DNA from: Arenicellales bacterium
Lineage (GTDB): Bacteria > Pseudomonadota > Gammaproteobacteria > Arenicellales > JAJDZL01
Length of the DNA stretch: 64,000 nucleotides
Reading direction: 5' to 3'
NCBI GenBank assembly: GCA_965219265.1
Contig: OZ244730.1
Location: 2,551,120 to 2,615,119 of the forward strand
Below, piece after piece: positions 39,573 to 49,888 of this stretch. The position numbers were made by a program, and so were the translations under genes. A model generated the notes under the pieces. That model did not search any database and was not told the DNA's origin. It worked only from the letters and a program-made list of their open reading frames with translations. The first letter of the stretch is position 1; the number at the start of each line of letters is the position of its first letter.

Positions 39573-40025
39573 TCATTCGTCCAGTAAGCGTTGCGCTTTC
39601 TCGCGCTCGACAGGACTCAAATCGGAAATCGGTTTTCTTCTTGTACGGCGCGAATATACCCAGAATGTAGATACTGCAATAAGCAAGAATATGATGGGGC
39701 CAAACCACAAGAGCACGGTCGTTTTCTTTAAGGGCGGTCGATACAGAACAAAGTCTCCAAAGCGCTCGACCATATGTTCGATGATTTCATTATTGGATTT
39801 GCCGCTGCGAACCATGTTGTACGCACGTTCTCGCAAGTCCCGGGCCAAACCCGCGTTGGAGTCCGCAAGGGTTTGGTTTTGGCACACCATGCATCGCAGT
39901 TCTTCCAACAGCTCCTCAAATCTCATCTCCTGCTCGGGGGAGTCGAATTCAAGCATCACTTCTGCAGCATGCAATTGCTGCACTGAAAGCAGAATCAGAA
40001 TCGAGGTGAAAAGGAATATTTTCAA
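39573..40025 (-). CDS. ccmH: Cytochrome c biogenesis protein CcmH
   Basis: LRCMVCQNQTLADSNA and RFGDFVLYRPP. Confidence 0.93.
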   Translation of the reverse strand: MKIFLFTSILILLSVQQLHAAEVMLEFDSPEQEMRFEELLEELRCMVCQNQTLADSNAGLARDLRERAYNMVRSGKSNNEIIEHMVERFGDFVLYRPPLKKTTVLLWFGPIIFLLIAVSTFWVYSRRTRRKPISDLSPVEREKAQRLLDE

Positions 40026-40573
40026 CTCTTTGAATCCTCGATCAACGGCAGAATGACACTAGTGACGTCGTTATGCGTAATCGGGCCGATATGTTTGTAG
40101 ACAATGACTCCGGACCGGTCGATCACGAAAGTTTCAGGAACCCCGTATACGCCCCAGTCAATGGCCGCCGCACCTTGCTTGTCTGCTACAGGCGTAACCA
40201 GATACGGGTTTCCCCAATCTTGCAGCCAACGAAGCGCATTGTCAGGTTCATCCTGGTAATTCAGGCCGACAATCGGTATTCCGCGATCCTTCAACTCCAA
40301 AAGCACCTCATGCTCATCTCTGCATGCAACACACCAACTGGCCCATACGTTCAACAGCCAAGCTTGCCCTTTCATGTCTTCAGGCCTGAAAGAAGCTTGT
40401 TCAAGATGAAGCAGCGGCAAATTAAATGAAGGTGCGCTTTTCCCAACTAAAGGAGAGGGTACGCGAGATGAGTCAAGCTTGAGTCCAGCTGCAAAGAATC
40501 CAGCCACCGACAGAAACACGATCAGCGGAATCAGAAATTTCGGTCGAGCGAAAAACGATTGCACTGAGCTCAA
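40022..40573 (-). CDS. ccmG: Thiol:disulfide interchange protein CcmG/DsbE
   Basis: NVWASWCVAC and GVYGVPETF. Confidence 0.93.
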   Translation of the reverse strand: MSSVQSFFARPKFLIPLIVFLSVAGFFAAGLKLDSSRVPSPLVGKSAPSFNLPLLHLEQASFRPEDMKGQAWLLNVWASWCVACRDEHEVLLELKDRGIPIVGLNYQDEPDNALRWLQDWGNPYLVTPVADKQGAAAIDWGVYGVPETFVIDRSGVIVYKHIGPITHNDVTSVILPLIEDSKS

Positions 40574-42552
40574 GCCTCAGAGGCAGCTTCCGCAGTTGCC
40601 GCGATTTGCTTCCGTCTTGTGCTCGGACTCATCAACCGCTGGTCGGTTGCGGCCAGGAATCCGCCAATTGCCATCAAGATTGCACCACCCCAAATCCAGC
40701 GTACAAACGGCTTGATATGTATTCTCAAGCTCCATGCACCATTGGTGTCCAGAGGCTCACCGATTGAAACATATAGGTCGCGGATCAAACCGGGTCGAAT
40801 TCCCGCTTCCGTCAGAGGGTTGGTTTGAGTCGCGTAGGTGCGTTTTTCGGGAAACACGGTTGCAATGTGCTTGCCTTCGCGACTTGCTTTAACCGTACCA
40901 AAAGAAGAAATGTAGTTGTCCTTCGTCTTATTCACTACACCTTCAAAAAGAAAGGTGACTCCGCCCAATTCATAGGTATCGCCAGGTACCATGCGCAGAT
41001 CTTGTTCTTTTTCATAGATGCTGACCATGGTTACTCCAACAACGAACACTGCAATTCCGAAATGAGCGATCGACATTCCCCAGATGCCGCGGGGCTGATT
41101 CATCAGCGCACGAATTTTCTGTGGACGATGCTTGACTCGATCCAGCAATCCGAAAACAGTGGAAGATGCCGTCCATAGTGCCAATGTCAAGCCGACTGCA
41201 GCCAGCCATTGATACGGACCCTCACTCAAATACGGCAATCCCAATCCCAGTACGAGGCTTATCGCCAGCATCGGCCAAAGACTACCCATCAAGCGGCTGA
41301 ATTGGTCGCGTTTCCAGCGGGCCAAAGCACCGACTCCAGCGAACGCGGCGAGCGGCAGCGTCAAGGGGATGAATACAGAATTGAAATACGGTGGACCCAC
41401 TGAAACTTTTCCGAGCCCGAGAGCATCCAGAAAAAGCGGGTACAGCGTGCCCAGCAAAATGGTCGCTGCAGCAGTCACTAAAAATACATTATTGAGGAGG
41501 ATGCCGGCTTCGCGTGAAACAATGGAATAGGTTCCGCTTGAACGAATGCTGGGGGCTCTATATCCATAAATTGCAAGCGAACCACCGATCACAAGACAAA
41601 TCAATATAAGAAGAAATACACCACGGGTTGGATCATTGGCAAAGGTGTGTACGGAAGTCAGCACACCAGAGCGAACTAAAAATGCACCAATCAAGCTCAG
41701 TGAAAAGGCCAGCATTGCAAGCAATACGGTCCACGATTTGAATAGACCGCGTTTTTCAGTTGCTGAAAGAGAATGTATCAGCGCGGTACCGACCAACCAC
41801 GGCATGAATGAGGCGTTTTCCACTGGGTCCCAGAACCACCATCCGCCCCAGCCGAGTTCGTAGTAAGCCCACCAACTGCCGAGTGCAATCCCAAGAGTCA
41901 AAAAAATCCATGCCATATTTGTCCAGGGTTTCGACCAACGCGCCCAAGCCGCATCCAGTCGCCCGCTGATCAGTGCTGCCACGGCAAATGCAAACGCAAC
42001 GGAAAATCCGACATAACCCATGTACAGCATCGGCGGATGGACAACCAGTCCGGGATCCTGCAACAATGGATTCAATTCCTTGCCATCGGCTACGGCCGGA
42101 ATGAGTCGATTGAACGGATTTGAAGTTAATATCAGAAACAGCAGAAAACCAACGCTGACTACGCCGAGAACTGCAAGTACCTTTGCTAGAAAATCTGCCG
42201 GAACCTCGCGACTGAACCAAGACAGTGCTGCGGTCCAGCCAGCAAGCATCAGCACCCACAATAATAGCGAGCCTTCGTGCGCACCCCAGACTGCTGATAT
42301 TCGATACATGAGCGGCAATTCCGTGTTCGAGTTCTGGGCAACATATACAACGGAAAAATCATAAGTAATAAATGCATAAGTCAGGCAGAAAAAAGACAGC
42401 AGCAGTAACAAAAGCTGTGCTCTGGCTGCGTATCTGGCACTGGCGAGTAACGATGGCGCTCTCAATAGTGTTCCTGTTATCGGCAAAGCAGTCTGAGCAA
42501 ACGCCATGCACAGTGCAAGAATTAAACAGAATTGGCCAAGTTCCGGAATCAT
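40570..42552 (-). CDS. ccmF: Heme lyase CcmF
   Basis: WAYYELGWGGWWFWDPVEN and HPPMLYMGY. Confidence 0.97.
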   Translation of the reverse strand: MIPELGQFCLILALCMAFAQTALPITGTLLRAPSLLASARYAARAQLLLLLLSFFCLTYAFITYDFSVVYVAQNSNTELPLMYRISAVWGAHEGSLLLWVLMLAGWTAALSWFSREVPADFLAKVLAVLGVVSVGFLLFLILTSNPFNRLIPAVADGKELNPLLQDPGLVVHPPMLYMGYVGFSVAFAFAVAALISGRLDAAWARWSKPWTNMAWIFLTLGIALGSWWAYYELGWGGWWFWDPVENASFMPWLVGTALIHSLSATEKRGLFKSWTVLLAMLAFSLSLIGAFLVRSGVLTSVHTFANDPTRGVFLLILICLVIGGSLAIYGYRAPSIRSSGTYSIVSREAGILLNNVFLVTAAATILLGTLYPLFLDALGLGKVSVGPPYFNSVFIPLTLPLAAFAGVGALARWKRDQFSRLMGSLWPMLAISLVLGLGLPYLSEGPYQWLAAVGLTLALWTASSTVFGLLDRVKHRPQKIRALMNQPRGIWGMSIAHFGIAVFVVGVTMVSIYEKEQDLRMVPGDTYELGGVTFLFEGVVNKTKDNYISSFGTVKASREGKHIATVFPEKRTYATQTNPLTEAGIRPGLIRDLYVSIGEPLDTNGAWSLRIHIKPFVRWIWGGAILMAIGGFLAATDQRLMSPSTRRKQIAATAEAASEA

Positions 42553-42565
42553 GTTCGGTTGATAT

Positions 42566-43006
42566 CTATTCCGTTTGAAGGGTCTGGGCGGCTTTCAATG
42601 CATCGGCGACTTCAGGAGGCATATAGTTTTCGTCGTGCTTGGCGAGCACCTCGTCCGCCTGGAAGTTTCCCTGTGAGTCGAGTCTTCCCCTGACGACTAC
42701 ACCTTGACCCTCGCGGAAAAGATCCGGAAGAATACCTGTATATTGGACTGGTACTGTGCTTATGGTGTCTGTAACCTTGAACTTCACCAGCATGTCGTTG
42801 CCAGGCCGGTTAATGCTGCCCTCAACAACCAATCCGCCTATGCGAAACTGTTTTCCGATGGGCGCGTCTCCAGCTTTCACCTCGCTCGGACTGATGAAAT
42901 ACAGCAGATTGCTCTGGAATGCATTCAGCATCAGTGCAATAGCGATAGACACCCCTACAACAATCAATCCTGCCATTCCTAAGCGTCTTGCTCTTCTCGG
43001 AGTCAT
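42566..43006 (-). CDS. ccmE: Heme chaperone CcmE
   Basis: [10 protein letters not shown] and [13 protein letters not shown]. Confidence 0.96.
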   Translation of the reverse strand: MTPRRARRLGMAGLIVVGVSIAIALMLNAFQSNLLYFISPSEVKAGDAPIGKQFRIGGLVVEGSINRPGNDMLVKFKVTDTISTVPVQYTGILPDLFREGQGVVVRGRLDSQGNFQADEVLAKHDENYMPPEVADALKAAQTLQTE

Positions 43007-43201
43007 GTTCAGAAAAGTAGTATTTGTAATTGAACCAAGTTTGCAGAATGCAGATTCTTGAGTTTCACGAAGAAACTTCGTTTCTGCTGCACTCGCATAT
43101 TATGTTGTATTGTCACGCAATTGTCACACATACAAACTGCGAATGGACAGATTCTTGTTTTGAACCTATCTTGGGGCGAACGGATCCGACTGCGTTGTTT
43201 G

Positions 43202-45067
43202 TCAGATGCCGAACAGCAGGTTCACCATAAAAATGACGACCACAAGAAATACGAGTGTCATGCCGATTCCAGCGCGTACAAAGTCAGTCACTCGATAGCC
43301 ACCCGGACCTTGGATCAATGCGTTGACCTGATGCGTGGGAATCAGAAATGAATTGGAAGTGGCGAGTGCCACAGTCAACGCGAACACGGAAGGATTCGCG
43401 CCGATTTCAACCGCAATATTGATTGCGATCGGCACCAACAAGACCGTTGCTCCTACATTAGACATTACCAGTGTGAATACTGTTGTAAGAATTGCCAGAG
43501 CGAATAGAATCAGAACATTCGGGGTACCAGCCAACAAGAGAACAAATTGCTGAGCGATCCACAAAGCGGTTCCACTCAGTTCAACTGCGATTCCAAGCGG
43601 AATCAAACTGGCGAGGAGAAAGACGCTCTGCCATCCAATGGCATGATACGCTTCTTCAATCTTAATGACTCCTGAAATAATCATCAGAACTGCTCCGGTC
43701 AGCAGAGCCGCAGAAAGTCTCAATTCGGTAAAAAGAACGAGTCCAAGGGTCAACAGGAAAATCACCATCGCATACTTGAACTTTTTTGGCCTGAAGTCTT
43801 CCCGCGGAAAATCCGTTACGGCGACAAAATCAAGTGAGTTCACGAATCGCTGCAAATCTCGCCACAGACTGTGCACGATCAGCGTGTCTCCGGCTTTCAT
43901 CGGAACATCAATGAGATCCTCGCGAACCGGTTTTTCATCTCGATACAGAGCCAGCAGTGTAACGTGGTAATTTCTACGATAACCCAGATCACCCATGGTT
44001 TTGCCAATCGCCAAAGATGAAGGTGGAATGACGATCTCCGCGATGCCGGATGTAGATGGGTTAAACGCGTCTTGAAATACCCTAATCTCGTTCTTCAAAT
44101 TTAGATTGTAGGTTTCTGCGTTGGCCACAATCTGCTCATAGCGCCCCATGATGGCAATGTCGCAGTTGGGGACGATTTCTGTACTTCGTTCCGGCTCCAC
44201 GACGAGTTTACCGCCAGCATTGATCGCGATAATCCGCTCATCGTAGCCGCCTTCATCTTCTATTTCTCCGATAGTTCGGCCAATGATCGAACTGTTACTG
44301 TTTACTGACAGTTCATAAACTTGACCGGTAATTCCGTAAACGTCTTGCACATAGGTCGCAACAGCACCTGTTTCCAGAGATTTGACAGTACCTACGGGAA
44401 GCAAGTATTTGCCGAAAAAGTAAAAATAGCATCCGCCAACAAACAACAACACCACACCAATTGGTGTCACGGCAAAAAGCGAAAAGGTTTCCAGCTGAGA
44501 GACATGTGGCGGAAGTTGCGGATTGGCATAGATTAACAAGTCATTCAGCAGAATCAATGGGCTTGAGCCCACCATAGTCAGCGTACCTCCGAGAATAGCG
44601 CAATATCCCATCGGCAATAGCAGACGAGTCGGTGAAACTCCGCTGCGTTTGGATATACGGTCAGCCACTGGCAAGAACAATGCGGCTGCTCCGATGTTCT
44701 GCATAAATCCCGAAATCACACCGACTGTTCCCGAAATCAGAACCATGATGTGTCGTTCCGCATTCCCGGCAATCTGGAGAATTCTAGCTGCCAGGCGATT
44801 CAAACCGCCGGTTTTATCCAGACCGGCTCCCAAAATCATGACCGCAATAATGGAAATAACTGCGTTGCTGGAAAATCCATCAAACAGTCTGCTTATGGGC
44901 ACCAGACCGCTAAAATTCGGGACTAGACTTGACAGGCCAATGATGACCATAATCAGAATTGCGACAACATCAACTCGGAATACTTCTGAAACAAAAAGGA
45001 TGATCGTGACGCCCAGCAGCACCAGGACCCAGATCATTGTGATTGTTAGTGGAATTGTTTCTGTCAA
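43202..45067 (-). CDS. SLC13/CitMHS permease with TrkA-C domains
   Basis: GFMQNIGA, GGTLTMVGSSP, two soluble TrkA-C-like domains, and PTHQVNALIQGPGGY. Confidence 0.88.
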   Translation of the reverse strand: MTETIPLTITMIWVLVLLGVTIILFVSEVFRVDVVAILIMVIIGLSSLVPNFSGLVPISRLFDGFSSNAVISIIAVMILGAGLDKTGGLNRLAARILQIAGNAERHIMVLISGTVGVISGFMQNIGAAALFLPVADRISKRSGVSPTRLLLPMGYCAILGGTLTMVGSSPLILLNDLLIYANPQLPPHVSQLETFSLFAVTPIGVVLLFVGGCYFYFFGKYLLPVGTVKSLETGAVATYVQDVYGITGQVYELSVNSNSSIIGRTIGEIEDEGGYDERIIAINAGGKLVVEPERSTEIVPNCDIAIMGRYEQIVANAETYNLNLKNEIRVFQDAFNPSTSGIAEIVIPPSSLAIGKTMGDLGYRRNYHVTLLALYRDEKPVREDLIDVPMKAGDTLIVHSLWRDLQRFVNSLDFVAVTDFPREDFRPKKFKYAMVIFLLTLGLVLFTELRLSAALLTGAVLMIISGVIKIEEAYHAIGWQSVFLLASLIPLGIAVELSGTALWIAQQFVLLLAGTPNVLILFALAILTTVFTLVMSNVGATVLLVPIAINIAVEIGANPSVFALTVALATSNSFLIPTHQVNALIQGPGGYRVTDFVRAGIGMTLVFLVVVIFMVNLLFGI

Positions 45068-45437
45068 CTATGTCCGCCCATTAAAATGGTGATCAAGTTG
45101 ACACAAGGAGCTTGCTACTATCAGACAGTGCAACAGGTACAAAATAACTCCCAGCGAGAGATATTCAAGCTGCGTCTTGCTGTTGACATACTGGGTAGTT
45201 ACATCCCTGCGAATGAAGTGTCTACAATGTCGAGACGACAGGGTTTTTGACAGTGTCGTTTGTCGTCTCAACAATTATAACGAAAACTGTATTACAGCAA
45301 TGTGCGAATATGGTGTTTTTAGAGAATATTTCACCTGAAATTGAATGAATTGACTTCGCTCATCCCCAAAAATCTTGTTTTTGCTAAAATAGCAATTACT
45401 GCTGAATAACACAGACTGTGCGTCAAAAGAACACTCG

Positions 45438-46289
45438 ATGAAATTCAATATTGCCTGTATCCAGAATTGCGCCACTGACAATCTGGATCAAACCATTCAG
45501 GATTGTGAAATTCTGTCTCGAGAAGCTTACGATGCGGGAGCTGATCTAATCTGTCTGCCCGAATTCTTTTCATTTCTGAACCTTAACGAGGAGGGTCTGG
45601 ATGTAGCGCCATTCCGGGAATCCGAACATCCGACTTTGACAGCTTTTCAAGTGCTGTCACTCAAATTGCAAGTCTGGATTCTGCTGGGTTCGATTGCCAT
45701 TTACGATTCTCAGGGAAAGAAACGAAATCGATCGATACTTGTGAATCCACGAGGAGAAATCGAGGTCCGATACGACAAGATCCACATGTTCGATGTAAAT
45801 CTCCCGAATGGAGAAGTTTATCGAGAATCAGACGTTTTCTCACCCGGCAACAAAGCGGTTACTGCAAGCTTGCCTTGGGGCGAGTTGGGACTGACGGTTT
45901 GCTATGATTTGCGCTTCCCGCATTTATACCGTTCGCTAGCACACGCCGGGGCAGATGTAATTTCTGTACCTGCCGCATTTACTCGAACAACCGGGAAAGC
46001 GCACTGGCATGTCATGCTTAGAAGTCGAGCCATTGAGACTGGCGCCTATGTCGTGGCACCCTGTCAATATGGAGATCATGGCAGAGCCAAAACGTACGGC
46101 CACTCCTTGATTATTGACCCATGGGGGAGAATACTCGCAGAAGGCGGAGAAGACAGAGGCTATATAATCGCCGAAGTCGACATGGAAGAAGTTAAGAATG
46201 CTCGGCGAATGATTCCGGCTCTTGAACATGACCGAGATTACACCGAACCCAATCTTGAACTACCGCAGACGCTTCGAAAAGTGTCTTAG
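45438..46289 (+). CDS. Carbon-nitrogen hydrolase, Nit1-like (deaminated glutathione amidase family)
   Basis: LPE, YDKIHMFDV, VCYDLRFP, PAAFT..TGKAHW and GHSLIIDPWG. Confidence 0.9.
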   Translation: MKFNIACIQNCATDNLDQTIQDCEILSREAYDAGADLICLPEFFSFLNLNEEGLDVAPFRESEHPTLTAFQVLSLKLQVWILLGSIAIYDSQGKKRNRSILVNPRGEIEVRYDKIHMFDVNLPNGEVYRESDVFSPGNKAVTASLPWGELGLTVCYDLRFPHLYRSLAHAGADVISVPAAFTRTTGKAHWHVMLRSRAIETGAYVVAPCQYGDHGRAKTYGHSLIIDPWGRILAEGGEDRGYIIAEVDMEEVKNARRMIPALEHDRDYTEPNLELPQTLRKVS

Positions 46290-46341
46290 CGATGCAACTG
46301 CCTAAAGTAATATTCAACCTGAGCAAGGACGTTTAACTGAT

Positions 46342-46464
46342 ATGAGTGAGTCTTTATTAATTACGCTGATTATTCTGCCGATTGCCATTAGCATCGTAAT
46401 CATGTTCTTGTTTCGCGGCAAAGGTCCGTCAACAGTGGACCAAGATACACACAACGATCACTAG
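46342..46464 (+). CDS. Candidate 40 aa single-TM small protein (below ORF-track cutoff)
   Basis: MSESLLITLIILPIAISIVIMFLFRGKGPSTVDQDTHNDH*; AAGGA lies 12 nt upstream and a hairpin follows. Confidence 0.5.
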   Translation: MSESLLITLIILPIAISIVIMFLFRGKGPSTVDQDTHNDH

Positions 46465-46488
46465 AAAACTAAAAAACTTCATTACTGG

Positions 46489-46513
46489 AAAGGCAACCGA
46501 TGAGTTGCTCTTT
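46489..46513. terminator. Possible bidirectional terminator
   Basis: AAAGGCAAC-cgatga-GTTGCTCTTT between convergent genes. Confidence 0.35.
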
Positions 46514-46517
46514 GCTT

Positions 46518-47765
46518 TCAGCAGTAACGGAGAAAGATTCCGGCTCTGAGTTTTGGATCGAACCAGGTTGATTTCGGTGGCATGACCTGACCGGCATCGG
46601 CAACTTCCATCACTTCTTGAATGGTTGTGTTCACGCATGCAAATCCCAATCGCCAACCATTTTGACATCTTGCCATCAATCCTGCAATGCCCTCGACTCC
46701 TGGCGCATAGCTGAGCCTATCGTCGGAACGAGCGTTGTGAATTCCAAGCACTGATGCCAGAATTCTTTCTTGCAGTATCGAAACGTCAAGTGATCCAGCC
46801 GGATTGTCGGATGGAACCATTGCAGCGGGGATGCGCAAGCCATAAACCGAGTCGTCAACAATCATGGTGATATTTCTAGAGCGCACGGGGAGCAAGACAT
46901 CCAAGTCACGGGTGTCTTTCTGCTGGACTTCAATGCCGGTTGCCGCAATCGCAGCAATCAATTCGGATTCATCCATGCCATTGAGGTCGCGAACGCAACG
47001 AAAATAGGAAAATATCCGCAACTGACTATCTGGAAATAAAGCAACTAGCAGATGATCCGCATTCGGGCACTCGTCAGCCCCTGCTGCACGCTGTTTTACA
47101 ATTTCAGCGAATCTCGCACCTGACGCACAGCGATGATGACCATCGGTCAAGTAGGTATATTCGATATCAACAAACCCTTGCTCGAGTTGTGCAGACAGAG
47201 CTGAATCGCTTACTTTCCAGACTGTCTGAGCAACATCATCCCAAGCTGTCAATTTTAAGTACGGTTTGTCCTGTGTTGCCTGTTCTACCGCATCATCAAT
47301 GTCGCTTCGATCTGCATAGGCTACGCAAATCGGACTGGATGTCACACCGACGGTCTCCTGATAGCGCGTCAACATGTTTTCTTTTTCGAGTTGGGTATCT
47401 TCGTGCTTTTTCAGTCGCCCTTGCGTGTATTCATCGACCGGGATATCGGCGATAACACCGATCTGTTCATGCTGTCCGGCCTGCAGTTTGTAGAGATAGT
47501 ATGCCGGAGACGATGTGTTCAAGAATGCACCATTCTCCAGCAGTTGATTTAGGTGAGATTGATTGTGGTGCAGAATTTCCTCAAGCGTCGGACCTGAACC
47601 ATCAAACTCTTCGAGCGAGCGCATGACGTTGACATAGTTTCCTGGGTGTAATCCAGCAAATTCACGCCGCTCAGATGGTAGCATGGCATCATATGCCGGC
47701 GTCACCACGTTCGCTGCTCGTTTAGGCTCTACCAGATAGCCGTCGAATTTTCTGATCTTGGGCAT
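46518..47765 (-). CDS. DUF1015 family protein
   Basis: PAYD, KKHEDT, YLTDGHHR, LDVSILQ and MPPKSTWFDPKLRAG. Confidence 0.88.
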   Translation of the reverse strand: MPKIRKFDGYLVEPKRAANVVTPAYDAMLPSERREFAGLHPGNYVNVMRSLEEFDGSGPTLEEILHHNQSHLNQLLENGAFLNTSSPAYYLYKLQAGQHEQIGVIADIPVDEYTQGRLKKHEDTQLEKENMLTRYQETVGVTSSPICVAYADRSDIDDAVEQATQDKPYLKLTAWDDVAQTVWKVSDSALSAQLEQGFVDIEYTYLTDGHHRCASGARFAEIVKQRAAGADECPNADHLLVALFPDSQLRIFSYFRCVRDLNGMDESELIAAIAATGIEVQQKDTRDLDVLLPVRSRNITMIVDDSVYGLRIPAAMVPSDNPAGSLDVSILQERILASVLGIHNARSDDRLSYAPGVEGIAGLMARCQNGWRLGFACVNTTIQEVMEVADAGQVMPPKSTWFDPKLRAGIFLRYC

Positions 47766-47798
47766 CGGGAATTGTCCTGAGAGGCAAAATTTTAGAGG

Positions 47799-48890
47799 TT
47801 AGGAGTGTGAAGCGCGAAAATCATCCATGAAATTCGCCAGTTTTTCCACTCCTTCCATAGGCATGGAATTGTAAATGCTTGCGCGCATTCCACCGACGCT
47901 TCGATGTCCCGTAAGATTCACAAAACCCTGCAGTTGAGCATCCGCCAGAAACTTCGATTCCAAACCTTCATTCGGCAAGCGGAATACAACATTCATGCGA
48001 GACCTGCTCTCACCTTCAACCGGGCAATCGTAAAACCCATTGCTGGCGTCAATCGCGCCATACAGGTGCGCACATTTTGTTATGGACATTTTTTCAAATG
48101 CATCCACACCGCCTCGATCTTTGTACCACTTGAGCACTTTTCCTGCGACATAAATCGGGAAAATTGCCGGCGTGTTAAAAAGTGAGTTGGTGGCATAGTG
48201 AACTCGGTAGTCAAGGTAGGTCGGAAGTTCCCGCGGGTGCGTCTCAAGCAACGACTTTCGTACGATCACGAGTGCAACGCCCGATGGTCCCAAATTCTTC
48301 TGGGCACCGCCATATGCAACGTCCATAAGATCCCAAGGAATATGTCTGGAAAAGTAATCGGAAGACATGTCGCCGACCAAAGGTACACCCAAGTCCGGCC
48401 AATCGTGCAGTCGAACACCACCGATGGTTTCGTTAGTCGTTACATGGAGGTAGCGAGTATCCGGCTGCAGTTCGATTTCGTTCTCGCTGGGTGTGCGACT
48501 AAATTGATCGTCTGTACCATCCCAAGCGATATACATGTTTCCGTAAACCTGACTGTCCTTCATCGCAAGATTTGCCCAGTGTCCACTGTTTACAATGGCT
48601 GCCTTTTGCGAAGGTGCGAGTAAATTCATGGCTGTCATTGCGAACTGCAATGTCGCTCCGCCTTGAATAAACAGAATTCCAAATTCGTCCGGAACGCGCA
48701 ACAGTTCCTTGACGAGCCCCACTGCTCCGTTGTGAACTTCATCATAGAGGGGACCGCGATGACTACACTCGATGAGAGACATTCCGGAATTTTTATAATT
48801 TACCAATTCTGACTGAGTTTCCTCCAAGACTTCCACGGGTAGCATACAAGGCCCGGGACAAAAGTTATAGACGCGATCGTTCAAGTGCAC
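47799..48890 (-). CDS. serC: Phosphoserine aminotransferase
   Basis: NFCPGP, SHRG, QGGATLQF, DMSS, GAQKNLGPSG and GHRSVGGMRASIYN. Confidence 0.95.
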   Translation of the reverse strand: MHLNDRVYNFCPGPCMLPVEVLEETQSELVNYKNSGMSLIECSHRGPLYDEVHNGAVGLVKELLRVPDEFGILFIQGGATLQFAMTAMNLLAPSQKAAIVNSGHWANLAMKDSQVYGNMYIAWDGTDDQFSRTPSENEIELQPDTRYLHVTTNETIGGVRLHDWPDLGVPLVGDMSSDYFSRHIPWDLMDVAYGGAQKNLGPSGVALVIVRKSLLETHPRELPTYLDYRVHYATNSLFNTPAIFPIYVAGKVLKWYKDRGGVDAFEKMSITKCAHLYGAIDASNGFYDCPVEGESRSRMNVVFRLPNEGLESKFLADAQLQGFVNLTGHRSVGGMRASIYNSMPMEGVEKLANFMDDFRASHS

Positions 48891-48928
48891 ACCTCCTAAT
48901 CGGCGCTAAGGGTTAATAAATATTGTTG

Positions 48929-49888
48929 TTAATTTACACGATTGATGGTGATGCCGTCCTTGAACGCATCAATGATTTCAACCACGCCCTCCGCAACCGC
49001 GTTTTGAGCCTGGTTTGTAGACGCACCGATATGGTGAGTCCCGTAAACGTTCGGATGCTTGGCGAGTTCAGAATCAAAGTCACCGGCTGAAGCAGCAGGC
49101 TCATTTGCATAGACATCTAGCCCGGCGCGAATGGACTTCGTATTCATGGCATGCAGCAATGCCTTTTCATCTACCACGTCGCCGCGTGAAGTATTCAGAA
49201 ATATTGCTCCTTCGCGCATTCGCGAAAGAAACCCTTCATTGATCAAATTGCGGGTGCTGTCCGCGGCTGGAACATGAACAGTAACAATGTCGCTTCGAGC
49301 AGCGAGTTGTTCCATTCCTTCTACTGTACTTATACCGAGTGAAGCCATTCTATTGAGCAAGCTTTCAGATCGACCCGGCTTTTCAATCATTAGTATATTC
49401 AAGCCAAATGCGTGTGCACGTTCGGCGACTGCCATACCGATCGCACCAGCTCCAACTATGCCGACAGTGCGTCCCATCAAACCGTGTGCCGATGAATATA
49501 ACTTTTTGTTCCAACGGCCTGCGCGCAGTTCTTGGACATTATCCGGAATGTTGCGATCAATGGAGAGTAAGAGCCCCATCGTGAGTTCTGCAACTGCGAC
49601 GGAATTTTTACCTGGGACATTACAGACTGAAACATTTCGCTCTGCAGCGAATGCCTTGTCAATCGTATTGGTACCCGCACCTGCACGGACAATGATCTGC
49701 AGATCACTCGCAACTTCAATCGCAGCTTTTTCCACTCTTGTGCTGCGAACGACCAGTGCATTGACTTCTGTGAGGACACCAGGCAAATCTTCTGCTTGTA
49801 AATCCGGTTGATAGCGTGTTTCGTGCCCGGAATTCTGAATCTGCTGTAGCTGTTTCTGGGGAAATTTATCGGCAAATAGTAGGTGCAT
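48929..49888 (-). CDS. serA: D-3-phosphoglycerate dehydrogenase-like enzyme, short form without ACT domain
   Basis: VVRST, RAGAGTNTID, GAGAIG, NTSRG and THHIGAST; adjacent to serC; ends directly after the catalytic domain. Confidence 0.75.
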   Translation of the reverse strand: MHLLFADKFPQKQLQQIQNSGHETRYQPDLQAEDLPGVLTEVNALVVRSTRVEKAAIEVASDLQIIVRAGAGTNTIDKAFAAERNVSVCNVPGKNSVAVAELTMGLLLSIDRNIPDNVQELRAGRWNKKLYSSAHGLMGRTVGIVGAGAIGMAVAERAHAFGLNILMIEKPGRSESLLNRMASLGISTVEGMEQLAARSDIVTVHVPAADSTRNLINEGFLSRMREGAIFLNTSRGDVVDEKALLHAMNTKSIRAGLDVYANEPAASAGDFDSELAKHPNVYGTHHIGASTNQAQNAVAEGVVEIIDAFKDGITINRVN

